Part shown: positions 26,593 through 27,384 of the stretch, piece after piece
Layout of the letters: each line of letters begins with the position of its first letter
Numbering within the stretch: the first letter of the stretch is position 1
DNA from: Planctomycetota bacterium
Lineage (GTDB): Bacteria > Planctomycetota > GCA-002687715 > DRQF01
DNA length: 27,384 nt
Direction: 5' to 3'
Assembly (NCBI GenBank): GCA_027001995.1
Contig: JALTLO010000015.1
Span: 1 to 27,384 of the forward strand
The notes under the pieces: generated by a model
Databases searched by the model: none
What the model was told of the DNA's origin: nothing
The model's input: the letters and a program-made list of their open reading frames with translations, nothing else
Position numbers and translations under genes: made by a program

Positions 26593-27384
26593 TTATGTCT
26601 TCTTCTTGGGCATGGGTTCATTTCGACGCCCACGAGTCTGTTTTACCCTGACTTTCTTGGAAGTGTCGTGAGAATTTCGAGACAGAGCTCTTAAGAATGC
26701 CACAAGCGCACCCTTGTCAGCTCTGGAAAGATCCAACGGCTTTATTCGCGGGTCCTGGTTGGGGTCATTCGGATCGCAGCCGATATTGTAGTACTGCACC
26801 ACATCGTGGAGGCTCATCACGCTGCCGTCGTGCATGTAAGGAGCGGTTTGGGTCAAACCACGCAATGTTGGTGTCTTGAAGGCTCTGGCGTCCTTTTCCT
26901 TCTTTGTGATGACGAAACGCCCCAAGTCCGGGACATCTTGCCCCCAAGACACGCCGGTATTGTGAAAAGATTCGTCAGAAAAATTCGAGCCGGAATGACA
27001 TTGCCAACATTGGCCTCGACTCTCGAAAATCCATAATCCACGTTTTTCGAGCGTGCTCAAGGCACTGGAATCTCCGGCATGGAAACGGTCCACAGGGGAG
27101 TCCGCCAAGACCAAAGAACTGACGAATGCAGCCAAGGCCTTGGCCAAGTTGCCCTTCGTAACCCCAGAAGACCCGGACTTATTTGTCCCAAAAGCCGCCA
27201 GGAAGTGCTTGAGATAGATCTTGCCCTTTCTCAAGTCCTGCAGAACTTCGGTCAAAGGATGACCCAGTTCAAGAGGATTCTCAATGGGCATCAAAACCTG
27301 TTCTTCTAGGGTTTTCGCCCGTCCATCCCAAAAATAAGGCCCTCCGAATCCCCGATTGAAGACCGTCGGCGAGTTGCGAATACC
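26593..27384 (-). CDS. di-haem cytochrome c peroxidase (CcpA/MauG family); C-terminal ~260 aa only, N-terminal haem domain lies beyond the window end
   Basis: The open frame continues to the window edge: GIRNSPTVFNRGFGGPYFWDGRAKTLEEQVLMPIENPLELGHP. This matches the CCP inter-domain block (NSPTV.N...FWDGRA..LEEQ...PI.NP.EM). Then come the second haem site CWQCH and the conserved FKTPTLRGLTQTAPYMHDGS. The track's MMPIENP start at 27294 is a TTG inside the true gene. Confidence 0.85.
   Translation of the reverse strand, partial: GIRNSPTVFNRGFGGPYFWDGRAKTLEEQVLMPIENPLELGHPLTEVLQDLRKGKIYLKHFLAAFGTNKSGSSGVTKGNLAKALAAFVSSLVLADSPVDRFHAGDSSALSTLEKRGLWIFESRGQCWQCHSGSNFSDESFHNTGVSWGQDVPDLGRFVITKKEKDARAFKTPTLRGLTQTAPYMHDGSVMSLHDVVQYYNIGCDPNDPNQDPRIKPLDLSRADKGALVAFLRALSRNSHDTSKKVRVKQTRGRRNEPMPKKKT

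Noticed and set aside
27295-27384. Treating 27294 as the true start of the cytochrome c peroxidase gene
   Set aside because: The frame stays open to the window edge and the upstream residues (NSPTVFN...FWDGRAKTLEEQ) match conserved CCP sequence. The track start is a TTG inside the gene, so the gene is 5'-truncated by the window.

Overview
This 27.4-kb window looks like a gene-dense bacterial chromosomal segment of roughly 52-55% GC, judged by eye. I support 17 protein-coding genes; two of them are truncated at the window edges. I found no rRNA, tRNA, CRISPR array, transposase or integrase. Most genes appear to be separate transcription units in alternating orientation. That layout, plus large Cys/Asp-rich secreted repeat proteins, makes a Planctomycetota-like origin plausible, but this is inference only.

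Gene content from left to right:
- A single-chain pyruvate:ferredoxin oxidoreductase, with its 3' end off the window.
- A 797-aa secreted protein built from three ~160-aa Cys/Asp-rich repeats plus an SdrD-B-like domain.
- A NirD-type Rieske domain fused to a ~470-aa unknown domain.
- A Dph6-like PP-loop ATPase.
- A tryptophanase/tyrosine-phenol-lyase family enzyme.
- Three signal-peptide hypothetical proteins.
- Two tandem, translationally coupled flotillin-like SPFH paralogs.
- A class V aminotransferase.
- A chorismate mutase / prephenate dehydratase-ACT / DAHP synthase triple fusion.
- A class I aminotransferase.
- A dehydroquinate synthase / EPSP synthase / shikimate kinase triple fusion, matching the first three AROM domains in order.
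- A quinone-reductase-like flavodoxin-fold protein.
- YtfE/RIC.
- A di-haem cytochrome c peroxidase, with its 5' end off the window.

The most striking feature is the compact aromatic-amino-acid locus at 17.4-25.1 kb. Two triple-fusion enzymes and two aminotransferases cover DAHP synthase, dehydroquinate synthase, shikimate kinase, EPSP synthase, chorismate mutase, prephenate dehydratase and probably the final transamination. A hairpin-plus-terminator leader sits only ~40 nt upstream of the CM-PDT-DAHPS gene.

Note on the ORF track: it sometimes starts an ORF at GTG or TTG but translates it as M, and it omits or truncates ORFs that lack an in-window stop or start. I adjusted several starts for that reason.
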